Notes: generated from the sequence alone by a model not told the origin. DNA of 64,000 nt from Candidatus Rokubacteria bacterium 13_1_40CM_69_27 (GCA_001917535.1 MNEF01000087.1:1401-65400); one strand, 5' to 3'. Positions 50,821 to 59,416 are shown, counted from the first letter of the stretch. Translations and numbers: made by a program.

Positions 50821-51503
50821 GCCGGCTCTACCTCTACGCGCTGCTGGGCGGGCCGCCCTCGGGGCCGCTGGGAGCCGGGCTCGCGGGCGAGCCCCTTCGC
50901 CTCGTACGTTGCGGCGATCTCCTGGCTGTCGCGGGCGACGTGCCGAAGGCGCCGTCCATCGACGCCGCGTCGCTGCGCGCCCACGACGCCACCGTGCGCC
51001 GGCTGGCCGAGATGGTCGAGGCCGTCCTCCCCATCCGCTTCTGCACGCTCGTCGACGATGAATCCGCGCTGGCCGGACTGCTGGAGCCGCAGCGCGCCGG
51101 GCTCGGTGAAGCCCTGGCCCTGGTCGCCGGGCGCGAGCAAATGACGCTCCGGCTCTACGGCGAGGGGCTGCACGACGACGCTCCCCTCCCCGATGCGGAG
51201 CCCTCCCTGCCCGGTCCGGGCGCGCGCTACCTCGCGGCCCGGCGGCGGGAGCGGCGGCGCGCGCACGGCAGCCGGGAGATGGCCGCGCTGCGGCGGGGGC
51301 TCGGGGCGCTGATCGTCGACGAGCGCGTCGAGCGCCACGACATGCCGCCGCTCCTGGCGAGCCTCTACCACCTGATCGAGCGCGGCGCCAGCGCCCGCTA
51401 TCTGAGCGCGCTGGAGACCATCGCCGGCGAGCTCGGCGCTGTCCGCGCCCGCGCCACCGGGCCCTGGCCGCCCTACGCCTTCGCGCCCGGAGCCATTCCG
51501 TGA
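50817..51503 (+). CDS. gas vesicle protein GvpF/GvpL family (paralog 3, short)
   Basis: LYLYALLG...GPWPPYAFAPG C-terminal signature; GTG start overlapping the gvpS stop. Confidence 0.65.
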   Translation: MSRLYLYALLGGPPSGPLGAGLAGEPLRLVRCGDLLAVAGDVPKAPSIDAASLRAHDATVRRLAEMVEAVLPIRFCTLVDDESALAGLLEPQRAGLGEALALVAGREQMTLRLYGEGLHDDAPLPDAEPSLPGPGARYLAARRRERRRAHGSREMAALRRGLGALIVDERVERHDMPPLLASLYHLIERGASARYLSALETIAGELGAVRARATGPWPPYAFAPGAIP

Positions 51504-51859
51504 AGCCGCGGCGGACGAGGCGCGCCGGCGTGGCGCTTCGCGTGCGGGAGCTGGAGGCGCTGCGGACCGAGCTGGAGCGGCGCGTGGCGGCGGAGACGCC
51601 ACGCTGGAACGCCGACCCCGAGGACGTCCAGCGCTCGGTCGCCAAGCTCGTCCTCACCCTCGTCGACTTCCTGCGCAAGCTCTTCGAGAAGCAGGCCATC
51701 CGGCGGATGGAAGCCGGCACGCTGACGCCCAAGGAGACGGAGGCGCTCGGCCTGGCGCTGATGCGGCTGGAGGAGACGATCCGCGACCTGGCCCGCCGCT
51801 TCGACCTGGCGCCGGAGGACCTGAAGCTCGACCTGGGCCCGCTCGGCCGGCTGTCCTGA
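51500..51859 (+). CDS. gvpK: gas vesicle protein GvpK
   Basis: VAKLVLTLVDFLRKLFEKQAIRRMEAGTLTPKETEALGLALMRLEE...LDLGPLG matches GvpK. Confidence 0.75.
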   Translation: MKPRRTRRAGVALRVRELEALRTELERRVAAETPRWNADPEDVQRSVAKLVLTLVDFLRKLFEKQAIRRMEAGTLTPKETEALGLALMRLEETIRDLARRFDLAPEDLKLDLGPLGRLS

Positions 51860-51880
51860 GCGCCGGTTCGCCGGGAGCGC

Positions 51881-52024
51881 TCAGACGCGCGTCGGCCGCC
51901 CCTGCCAGTACGGCTCGCGCAGCACGCGCTTGACGAGCTTGCCCGCGGCGTCGCGCGGAAAGTCCTCGTGGAACGACACCTCGCGCGGCACCTTGTCGTC
52001 GGCGTGAGCGGCGATGAAATCCAT
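51881..52024 (-). pseudogene. C-terminal remnant of an AMP-dependent synthetase/ligase
   Basis: MDFIAAHADDKVPREVSFHEDFPRDAAGKLVKRVLRE is the conserved C-terminal tail of acyl-CoA synthetases; nothing upstream of it is coding. Confidence 0.4.
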
Positions 52025-52090
52025 GGAACCTCTGGGGCTTCCAGATAGTAGTACACTTGCGCAGGCATCCACCCTCGGAAGGAGACAAGC

Positions 52091-52645
52091 ATGCGAACGA
52101 CACGCGCGGTGGTTGGGGGTGCCCTGATCGGAGCCGTCCTGGCCCTGGTCCTGGCGGGCCCGGCACGGGCGCTCGAGGTGGGGCAGAAGGCGCCCGACTT
52201 CACGCTGCCCGCCCCCGGGGGGAAGCAGGTGAAGCTGGCCGATCTGCTCGGCAAGGGACCTGTCGTCATCTACACGCTGATTCAGGCCTTCACCCGCACC
52301 TGAACGGAGGAAATCAAGGGCTTCGAGGCGGCCCTGCCGCAGTTCGAGGCCCTCAACGCCCAGGTCGTGGGCGTCAGCGCGGATCACGTAGCCACGCTCG
52401 AGGCGTTCGTGAAGCAGAACGACATCAAGCAGCTCATGCTTTCCGATTTCCGTCGCCAGATGCTGCCCGCCTGGGACGCCCTGGTCACGGACGAGAAGAG
52501 CCCGATTTACCGCTACGCCAAGCGCGCCTACTTCATCCTCGACCGGAACGGGATGGTGAAGTACGTCAAGGTGATGAACAACCCGCTGGATCTCCTGAAG
52601 CCCGACGAGGTCATCAAGGCCGTCAAGGAGTCGGGCGCATCATGA
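52091..52645 (+). CDS. periplasmic peroxiredoxin (AhpC/TSA family) with in-frame TGA at the peroxidatic Cys position: candidate selenoprotein
   Basis: Signal peptide; single reading frame 52091-52645 interrupted only by TGA at 52301-52303; ...VVIYTLIQAFTRT-[TGA]-TEEIKGFEAALPQFEALNAQVVGVSAD aligns with the Prx motif ...FYPLDFTFVCPTEI... with TGA exactly at the Cys. Confidence 0.7.
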
Positions 52646-53175
52646 AGCGCGCGCTCGTCCTCGCGGTCGCCCTCGCGCTCGGCGCGGGGGCGGCCGCGGG
52701 GGGCGTTCCCGACTTCGCGAGCTTCGGGCTCCAGGCGTACGCCCCGCCCAAGCCGGCGCCGCCCTTCACGCTCGCCGACCTGGAGGGCAAGCCGCGGTCG
52801 CTGGCCGACCTCAAGGGCCAGGTCGTCCTCCTCTTCTTCTGGGCGACCTGGTGACCGGACTGCCGGGAGGAGTTGCCTTCCGTCAACAAGCTCTACGACG
52901 AGTTCAAAGGCAAGGGGCTCGAGGTCCTGCTCATCACCTTCCGTGAGGCTCCTGAGCGGGTGAGGCGGACCGTCCGGGAGCGCGGCTACACGGCGCCCGT
53001 CCTGGTCGATGAGAGCGGCGAGGTGACGGGGGTCAAGTACGGCGTGTTCGGTCCTCCGACGGTGTACATCGTCGACCGCGAGGGTCGTCTGCTCGCGCGC
53101 GGCGTGGGGCCGCGCGACTGGTCCACGCCGGCGGCCCGCGCGCTGCTCGAGGACCTCGTCCAGCCACGCCGGTAG
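52642..53175 (+). CDS. periplasmic TlpA/ResA-like thioredoxin-fold thiol:disulfide oxidoreductase with in-frame TGA replacing the first Cys of CxxC: candidate selenoprotein
   Basis: ATGA overlap with the prx stop; signal peptide; LKGQVVLLFFWATW-[TGA]-PDCREELPSVNKLYDEFKGKGLEVL aligns with ResA [23 protein letters not shown]...; the frame continues without another stop to 53175. Confidence 0.7.
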
Positions 53176-53176
53176 C

Positions 53177-53541
53177 CTAGAGCGCCAGCGCGTAGCCGTC
53201 GCGGCGGGGGTCGGCGCCGCCGTGCAGGGCGCCCGACTCCGGGTCGCGGATGATCCCTGGCCCCCGCCGACGATCCACGACCAGTCGTCGATCACGTTGA
53301 CCTGGTGGCCGCGGCGCCCCAGCTCGGCGCGCGCCTCGGGCGCGATCCGCGCCTCCACGTCGACCAGCCGGTCGCGGTAGACGCGCACCCGCGGCGCCTC
53401 GATCGCCTCCTGGATGTTCAGGCCGAACTCGAGGACGTTCAGGATCATCTGCGGCGTCGTCTGCAGTATTCCGTACGAGCCCGGCGTGCCGATCGACATG
53501 AAGAACTCGCCGTCGCGGAAGATCTGCGTGGGCGACATCAT
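53177..53541 (-). pseudogene. gamma-glutamyltranspeptidase C-terminal fragment with frameshift
   Basis: MMSPTQIFRDGEFFMSIGTPGSYGILQTTPQMILNVLEFGLNIQEAIEAPR (GGT small-subunit signature), then the alternate frame ends GIIRDPESGALHGGADPRRDGYALAL (GGT C-terminus); the N-terminal about 400 aa are absent. Confidence 0.5.
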
Positions 53542-53673
53542 GGTCCCGGCCTTCCGGCCGGGGGCCAGCCGATTCGGGCTCTCGGGATGGCATCGACGCC
53601 AGCGGGTGCGCGGAGGTCACCACCCCGCGCCGTCCCATCACGACCGGCCGGTAGGCGTCTCGATGCGGTGGTC

Positions 53674-55320
53674 TCATTCTCCGCTGCCCTCCCCGATCCG
53701 CCCTTCGATCCGGGCGGTCACCGTTCCCTGCTCCTGGACGGCGCGACCGACCGTCTCGGCGATCAGCTCGCGCGTCGTGCCGCTGCCGTTGTCGATCATC
53801 GTGTAGCCGTCGCCGCCGCGGTAGAGGAAGTCGCTGGTGACGGCAGTGTACTCGGTCTCGTCGGGCCGGAGCGGTCGGCCGTCGAGCAGCCTCACCGCGA
53901 CGACACGGCGGCCCGGGGGTCGCCGCGGGTCGAAGCGATAGGTGAAGCCGGAGATCTGGAGAAAGCGACCGGCGGCGTTGGTGAACCGCCCGTCCTCGAC
54001 GAGGCCGTGGGACAGGCCGTTCTCGAGCGCCGCCCACAGCCCCCGTCCGCTGATCCGGAAGGTGACGGCCAGGTTGTCGAAGGGGAAGATGGCGAAGAAG
54101 TCACCCCGTACGAGGTCGTAGGGCGGGCCGGCGACGTAGCCCGGCGCCGAGCGCCGCAGCCGCCGGTCGGCGGGCTGGTATCCGGAGGGCAGATCGTCCC
54201 GCAGCGCGCCGGACACGTCGAAGGCGAGCTGGGTTCCGTACGCCGCGCGGAGCACGTCGGTCTCGAAGTTGCCGAGGGGCGACTCGCGCTCACGGGAGCG
54301 CTCCAGCACCGCCGCCGCCACCCCGACCTTCCGGTCGAACAGCGGGCGGACCTGAGCCCGGTAGCCCTCGATCATGGCTTCTACGCGCGCGTCGGGGACG
54401 ATCCGGTCGGCCCAGGGACGCTTCTGGATCGCCGATTTCTGGACGACGGCCCGGCGCGCCCGGTCGTAGACGAGATCGATCACCGCGTACTCGGCGCCCC
54501 TGGACCGGTTCTCGACGACCAGCGCACCGCCGACCACGGCGTTGACGCTCACGTCGCTGTGGTCGCCGATCAGCACGTCGACGCCGCTGATGGCACGGGC
54601 CACCTCGGCGAGCGGGCCCCGGGGGGCGCCGCCGGGCCCGACCGCAGTGGCGCCGAGGTGGGCCAGGACGACCACGATGTGCGCGCCCTCTCCGCGCAGC
54701 CTCTCTGCGTGGGCATTGATCAGCGGGACCGGATCGAGGAATCGATAGTCGCCGGTGCGGCCGGGCGCCACCAGGGCCGGCGTCTCGGGGTTGCCGACGC
54801 CGATCACCGCGACCCGGAGACCGTTCAGGATGAAGACGTGGGTGGGAGGGGTGATCGTGCGTTCGTCGGGGCCGACGATGTTGGCGGCCACGTAGCGGAA
54901 GCGGGCGAGGCTCATCAGCTTGCGGAGCCGTTGCAGACCGTGGTCGAAGCTGTGATTGCCGAGCGTGTCGATGTCGAACCCCATCGCGTTCTGCGCCTCG
55001 ACGGCGGGCACATCCTCCAGAAGGCTCGCCAGCGGGGGCGTGGCGCCGAAGGCGTCGCCGGCGGTCACCACGATCGTGCCGCCGGGGTTCTCCCGTCGCT
55101 CGCGGTCGAAGTAGGCCGCCAGGACCGCCGCGCCTGCGACCGGGCGGGGAGCGCCGTCGACGGTCACGCTCAGCGGCTCGAGCTGGGCGTGCCAGTCGCT
55201 GACGGCCACGATCGTGACCCGCCCGCTGTGACCGCCGTCACCGATGGGCCGCGCGCATGCCGCCAGCAGCGTGACGGCGACGAGACCGGCCAAGCCCCCC
55301 GCCAGCCCCCGACGGTGCAT
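53674..55320 (-). CDS. bifunctional metallophosphatase/5'-nucleotidase (UshA-like) lipoprotein
   Basis: Lipobox LLAACA; calcineurin-like metallophosphatase motifs (VSDWH, GNHSFD) and 5'-nucleotidase C-domain. Confidence 0.85.
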   Translation of the reverse strand: MHRRGLAGGLAGLVAVTLLAACARPIGDGGHSGRVTIVAVSDWHAQLEPLSVTVDGAPRPVAGAAVLAAYFDRERRENPGGTIVVTAGDAFGATPPLASLLEDVPAVEAQNAMGFDIDTLGNHSFDHGLQRLRKLMSLARFRYVAANIVGPDERTITPPTHVFILNGLRVAVIGVGNPETPALVAPGRTGDYRFLDPVPLINAHAERLRGEGAHIVVVLAHLGATAVGPGGAPRGPLAEVARAISGVDVLIGDHSDVSVNAVVGGALVVENRSRGAEYAVIDLVYDRARRAVVQKSAIQKRPWADRIVPDARVEAMIEGYRAQVRPLFDRKVGVAAAVLERSRERESPLGNFETDVLRAAYGTQLAFDVSGALRDDLPSGYQPADRRLRRSAPGYVAGPPYDLVRGDFFAIFPFDNLAVTFRISGRGLWAALENGLSHGLVEDGRFTNAAGRFLQISGFTYRFDPRRPPGRRVVAVRLLDGRPLRPDETEYTAVTSDFLYRGGDGYTMIDNGSGTTRELIAETVGRAVQEQGTVTARIEGRIGEGSGE

Positions 55321-55336
55321 CGGGCGCCTAGCTGGG

Positions 55337-55445
55337 TCGGAGGGGGCGGACGTTACGGCCCCCTCCGAGATCCATAGTCAGAGAGGGCCTCGCGGCCCCC
55401 TCTGAAACTCCCCAAAGGGATTGCGCCGGCAGAGCCGGCGCTCGA
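55337..55445. repeat. composite REP-like element (two module-A hairpins plus module B)
   Basis: TCGGAGGGGGCGGACGTTACGGCCCCCTCCGA ... GAGGGCCTCGCGGCCCCCTC ... GGGATTGCGCCGGCAGAGCCGGCGCTCG. Confidence 0.6.
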
Positions 55446-55488
55446 AATGGCGAGTCGAAGTGAGCGGGTGCCATTCGCCGACAGGCGT

Positions 55489-55704
55489 CTACAGGCGCGG
55501 CCGGATGTCGCCGGCAAAGGCCGCCAGCACCCGCTCGACCTCCTCCAGGCTCTTCGGCAGCAGCGCGGGCGGCAGCCCGTAGACGATGTGGTCGCCCACC
55601 CACACGGAGTCGTAGCCCAGCGCTTCCGCGCGGCGGGCCAGCGCGAGCGTGCCCTCGCCGGAGGCGAGCGGGCCGAAGTGCGGGAGCTGGACGCCGAACT
55701 TCAC
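55489..55704 (-). pseudogene. N-terminal fragment of an LLM-class (luciferase-like) flavin/F420-dependent oxidoreductase
   Basis: MKFGVQLPHFGPLASGEGTLALARRAEALGYDSVWVGDHIVY is a canonical LLM N-terminus but the ORF stops after 71 aa. Confidence 0.45.
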
Positions 55705-55711
55705 GCGACGG

Positions 55712-56593
55712 TCAGGCGGGCGGAAGGAACAGCGCCCACGTCGCGCGCAGCGTCCACATCGAGAGCAGGAAGCCGCCGGCCAGCGCCAGGCTCACCCCGC
55801 TGACGACGCTCACGCGGTGCTGGAGGGCCAGGGCGTCGGTGCCGGCTCGCCCGGCGCGCCCCGCCGCGAGCGTGCCCGCCACCGCCAGCGGCACCATGAG
55901 CCCGAGGCCGTACGCCATCAGCGTGACGGCGCCGAGCCAGGCGCTCTGCTGCGCCGCCACCCAGCCGATGACGAGCGCGTAGGCCGACAGCGGGCTGAAG
56001 ATCGCCATCGTCGCGCCGAACCCGAGCGCGATCGCCAGCGCCCGCCGCGTCAGACTGCCGGTGGGAGCTCCTTCCGCCGGGGCCGTGGTCAGGCGGGGGA
56101 GCAGCGGGCGCGCCAGCCCCAGCTCGCCGAGCGCGATCGCCAGCGCCAGCAGGCCCAGCCCCGAGAGGGTAACGGAGGCGATCGCTTCGCGCGCCCAGGG
56201 CGTCGTCACCTTGGCGGCCATGGCGGAGCCCGCCCAGGCCATCGCCGCGCCGAACACGCCCAGCACCGCCAGCAGGGCGCCCGTGAACAGACCGAGCACC
56301 GCCATCCACCGCCGTCTCGTCTTCGCCTCCTGAACCAGGGGCGCGATCGTGAAGATCATCGGCGTCCATCAGGGGACGCAGATGCGCGGCACCCCCATGA
56401 CGAAGGCGAGCAGCACGGCGGTCGACGCGCCCACCAGCGGCGCGCCCGGATCGGTGAAGAGCGCGATGAACCCTTTGTACATGCCGCTGAACATGGGCCA
56501 GTTCCAGGCGTAGCCCAGTAGCCCGCCCGTCAGCGTGGCGACCACGAACAACGTCAGACGAGAACGCATGGGAGCCTCCCTGAAGGGCAGCAT
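55712..56593 (-). CDS. ccdA: CcdA/DsbD-family transmembrane thiol-disulfide electron transporter with in-frame TGA in TM1 (C-V-P-[TGA]): candidate selenoprotein
   Basis: Two ORF-track pieces (55712-56359 and 56369-56593) are in the same frame, separated only by TGA at 56369-56371; ...AVLLAFVMGVPRICVP-[TGA]-WTPMIFTIAPLV... resembles the CcdA TM1 motif LSPCVLPL. Confidence 0.6.
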
Positions 56594-56724
56594 ACTCCAC
56601 TCACGCCGAGGAGCGAACGGCCCGACCTAGCGGCCTGTCCGCGAATAGCGCGATCTCACTCTCGGCCACTGCTCGCCGTTTCGAGCGCCGGCGTAGCCGG
56701 CGCGATCCTTTCCTGGGGGAGGCT

Positions 56725-56753
56725 TCGGAGGGGGCCGTAACGTCCGCCCCCTG
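56725..56753. repeat. REP-like palindromic element (degenerate)
   Basis: TCGGAGGGGGCCGTAACGTCCGCCCCCTG. Confidence 0.45.
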
Positions 56754-56785
56754 ACGGTTCATCGCACCGGGCATCGGGCGTCTCC

Positions 56786-57520
56786 TTAGAAATGGGCTCG
56801 GGCGGCCCAGACAGCATACAGCGGGTCGCCCTCGGCCGGCGTGTGCGCGTACTCGTTGAGCTCGCTCCAGCCCTCCCCGACACCGCCGGAGGCGGCGAAG
56901 TAGGCAGTCACGATCGCCCCGTGCTGATCGTCGCTCGCCGCGCGCCAGAGCGCGACGGCCTTCTCGGGAAAGCAGCGGTTGCTGAACGACACGACGAAAG
57001 GCGCCCCCCGCTTGAGCGTCCGGCGCACCTCCTGGAAGACCTCCACCGGCTGGGTGAGGTACTGCACCGAGACCGCGCACAGCGCGGCGTCGAAGGCGCC
57101 GTCGTTGAATGGCAGCTTCGGCTCCCGGTTGAGATCGTGAACGACGGCCTGGGCGAGCTGCGGGTTCTCGCGCATCTCGTCCCGGTTCAGCCCGACGCCG
57201 ATCAGCGTGCCCGCGAACGAGGCCGGCAGGTGGCTGCGCCAGGACGACATCAGGTCGAGCACGCAGCCGCGCGGCGGCGCCAGGGCCTCGTAGAGCCGCA
57301 TCAGTACGGCGATGGCGCCACTGTCCAGGTGCACCACGCGCCGGGGCCAGGCGTAGAAGAGGCGATCGTCCTCTTCGTTCTCGCGCCGGAAGGCGCCGGG
57401 CGGGAAGGCGATGGGCAGCTTAGCGGCCTTGCCAGTCGGGCTTGCGCTTGGCGAGAAAGGCGCGGACGCCCTCCTGGAAATCCTGACTGAGGTAGCAGGA
57501 GAGGATGATGTCCTCGGCAT
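56786..57520 (-). CDS. class I SAM-dependent methyltransferase
   Basis: VLDLMSSW...LIGVGLN...FDAALCAVSVQYL...LKRGAPFVVS Rossmann-fold MTase pattern; the start is uncertain because the ORF overlaps the crotonase gene 3' end. Confidence 0.55.
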   Translation of the reverse strand: MPRTSSSPATSVRISRRASAPFSPSASPTGKAAKLPIAFPPGAFRRENEEDDRLFYAWPRRVVHLDSGAIAVLMRLYEALAPPRGCVLDLMSSWRSHLPASFAGTLIGVGLNRDEMRENPQLAQAVVHDLNREPKLPFNDGAFDAALCAVSVQYLTQPVEVFQEVRRTLKRGAPFVVSFSNRCFPEKAVALWRAASDDQHGAIVTAYFAASGGVGEGWSELNEYAHTPAEGDPLYAVWAARAHF

Positions 57521-58208
57521 CCCGCAGCGAGGCCGGCGCCGTCACGCGGCGCGTGGCCTCCTTGACGGCGGCCAGCGTGAGGGGCGCCAGCTCCGTCAGG
57601 TGCGCGGCCAGCTCCCGCACCCGCGCCGGGAGCGCCGCGGCCGGGTGGACCTCGTCGATCAGCCCGATCGCCTTGGCCTCGGCGGCGTCGGCCAGCCGCG
57701 CGGTCAGCAGGAGGTTGCGGGCGCGCACCGGCCCGATCGTCGCGGCCAGCAACGAGAAGGCCAGCGGCGCGGTGCAGTTGCCCAGCGTGCGGGCCACCGG
57801 GGCGCCGAAGCGGGCGTGCTCGGCGGCCAGCCGGAGATCGCAGGCCAGCGACATGAAGAGCCCGCCCCCTACCGCGTCGCCCTGCACCATCGCGATCGTC
57901 GGCTTGGTCATGCCGTGCAGGCGACCCAGCACGCGGGTGATGCGCCTCTCGTACTCGAGCGCGTCCTCTCTCGTCTTGAAGGTGAGGAACTGGCGGATGT
58001 CGGTCCCGCTGACGAAGGCCTTGTCGCCGGCACCTCTCAGAACCAGCACGCGGACGGCCGGGTCCTTGTCCAGGCGCTCGCAGATCTCGTGGAGCTCCTC
58101 GTACATCTCGAAGGTCATGGCGTTGCGGGCCTCGGGGCGGTTGAAGGTGAGGAGGGCCACGCGCCCGTCCCGCTCGAGGACCAGATGACCGCTGGCCGCC
58201 GCGCTCAT
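57420..58208 (-). CDS. enoyl-CoA hydratase/isomerase (crotonase family)
   Basis: VALLTFNRPEARNAM...VLVLRGAGDKAFVSGTDI...GDAVGGGLFMSLACD. Confidence 0.85.
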   Translation of the reverse strand: MSAAASGHLVLERDGRVALLTFNRPEARNAMTFEMYEELHEICERLDKDPAVRVLVLRGAGDKAFVSGTDIRQFLTFKTREDALEYERRITRVLGRLHGMTKPTIAMVQGDAVGGGLFMSLACDLRLAAEHARFGAPVARTLGNCTAPLAFSLLAATIGPVRARNLLLTARLADAAEAKAIGLIDEVHPAAALPARVRELAAHLTELAPLTLAAVKEATRRVTAPASLRDAEDIILSCYLSQDFQEGVRAFLAKRKPDWQGR

Positions 58209-58221
58209 GGGGCTGTGGCCC

Positions 58222-59247
58222 TCACCTCGGCAGCATGAGCGCGAGAGGCTCGAGGTGCTTCGGATCGGGCGTGAACCCGATGCCGAGCTCCCTGAATCGA
58301 CGGACCACCGCCTCGTTGAACGGCGTCTTGACGCCGACGAGCCTCCCCTGCTCGACGACGTAGCCATTGAGGTAGTCGATCTCCGTCCGCCGGCCCCGCA
58401 TGACGTCCTGCAAGAGCGAGGGCCGGCCGCTCCCCAGGGACTTCGCCCCGGCAGCCATGTCCGCCATCACCTGGGCGCGGCCGCGCCCGGCGGCGGCATC
58501 GACGAACCGCTGCGCTTCGATGCCGAAGATCGGCTCGACCTCGAGGCCGCGGGCGCGGCCGGCCTGGATCACCTCGGCGGCGATCTCGATGGCGATCCGG
58601 CACGGCTGCGGCTCGCTCCGGATCTCGGCCGAGCCCAGGCCGCTGAGGCCCGCCAGCGGGTTGGCCATGCAATTGACGGTGAGCTTCGACCAGCGCTCGC
58701 CCCAGAGGTTGGTGGTCACCTTGGCCGGCGCCACGTCGTTCAGGAGGGCGACCAGCCGGCGGGCCCGCTCGGAGTCCGAGCCGTCCAGCTCGCCGATCTT
58801 GAACCCGATCTTGCTCGTGTCCGTGCGGATCGCGTGCCCCGGCTCGTACATGCCGGCGCCGATGGTGATCACGCAGCCGAGCGTCCGGTGGCGGCCGGCG
58901 ATGGCCGCCACCCGCTCGTCGTTGACCCCGTTCTGGAAGTCGACGGCGAGGCCGTCCGGCTCGAGGTGCCGGATGCCCAGCGCGGTGGCCCACTCCGTGT
59001 CGTACGACTTCACGGCGATGAAGACGGCCTCGAAGGGCTGGGCCAGGCTCTGGGCCTCGTGGACGTGAAACGCCTTGACGCGAATGACGTGCTGACCACA
59101 GGTGCCGCTCAGGCGGAGCCCCTTCCTCCTCATCGTCTCGACGTGCTCGGGCCACTGGTCGATGAGCGTCACATCGCGCCCGGCCCTGGTCAGCAGCCCG
59201 CCCACGACGCATCCGATAGCCCCTGCCCCGACGATCGCGATTCTCAT
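58222..59247 (-). CDS. panE: 2-dehydropantoate 2-reductase (ketopantoate reductase)
   Basis: MRIAIVGAGAIGCVVGGLL Rossmann N-terminus, ApbA/PanE N and C domains. Confidence 0.8.
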   Translation of the reverse strand: MRIAIVGAGAIGCVVGGLLTRAGRDVTLIDQWPEHVETMRRKGLRLSGTCGQHVIRVKAFHVHEAQSLAQPFEAVFIAVKSYDTEWATALGIRHLEPDGLAVDFQNGVNDERVAAIAGRHRTLGCVITIGAGMYEPGHAIRTDTSKIGFKIGELDGSDSERARRLVALLNDVAPAKVTTNLWGERWSKLTVNCMANPLAGLSGLGSAEIRSEPQPCRIAIEIAAEVIQAGRARGLEVEPIFGIEAQRFVDAAAGRGRAQVMADMAAGAKSLGSGRPSLLQDVMRGRRTEIDYLNGYVVEQGRLVGVKTPFNEAVVRRFRELGIGFTPDPKHLEPLALMLPR

Positions 59248-59416
59248 GCCGGCGCCTCCCGGGGACGCGATACGTGAGCATACCACTCTGCGCCGTCGGC
59301 GATCCGGCGGGGCTCGCGCGGAGGTTGCGCGAGGCCGACCATGAAACCGCTGGCCGTCCTTGCGGAGCAACGACTGTGCCACGTCCGCCGGGCGCGGCTG
59401 CTGTGGAAATCGATTC

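Noticed and set aside
52301-56371. In-frame TGAs in the prx, tlpA-like and ccdA-like genes as simple nonsense mutations (pseudogenes)
   Set aside because: Each gene has exactly one lesion, it is always TGA, and it always falls at or next to the conserved redox Cys position. The reading frames are otherwise intact with good RBS and signal peptides, so selenocysteine recoding is the more economical explanation. The pseudogene alternative remains untested here.
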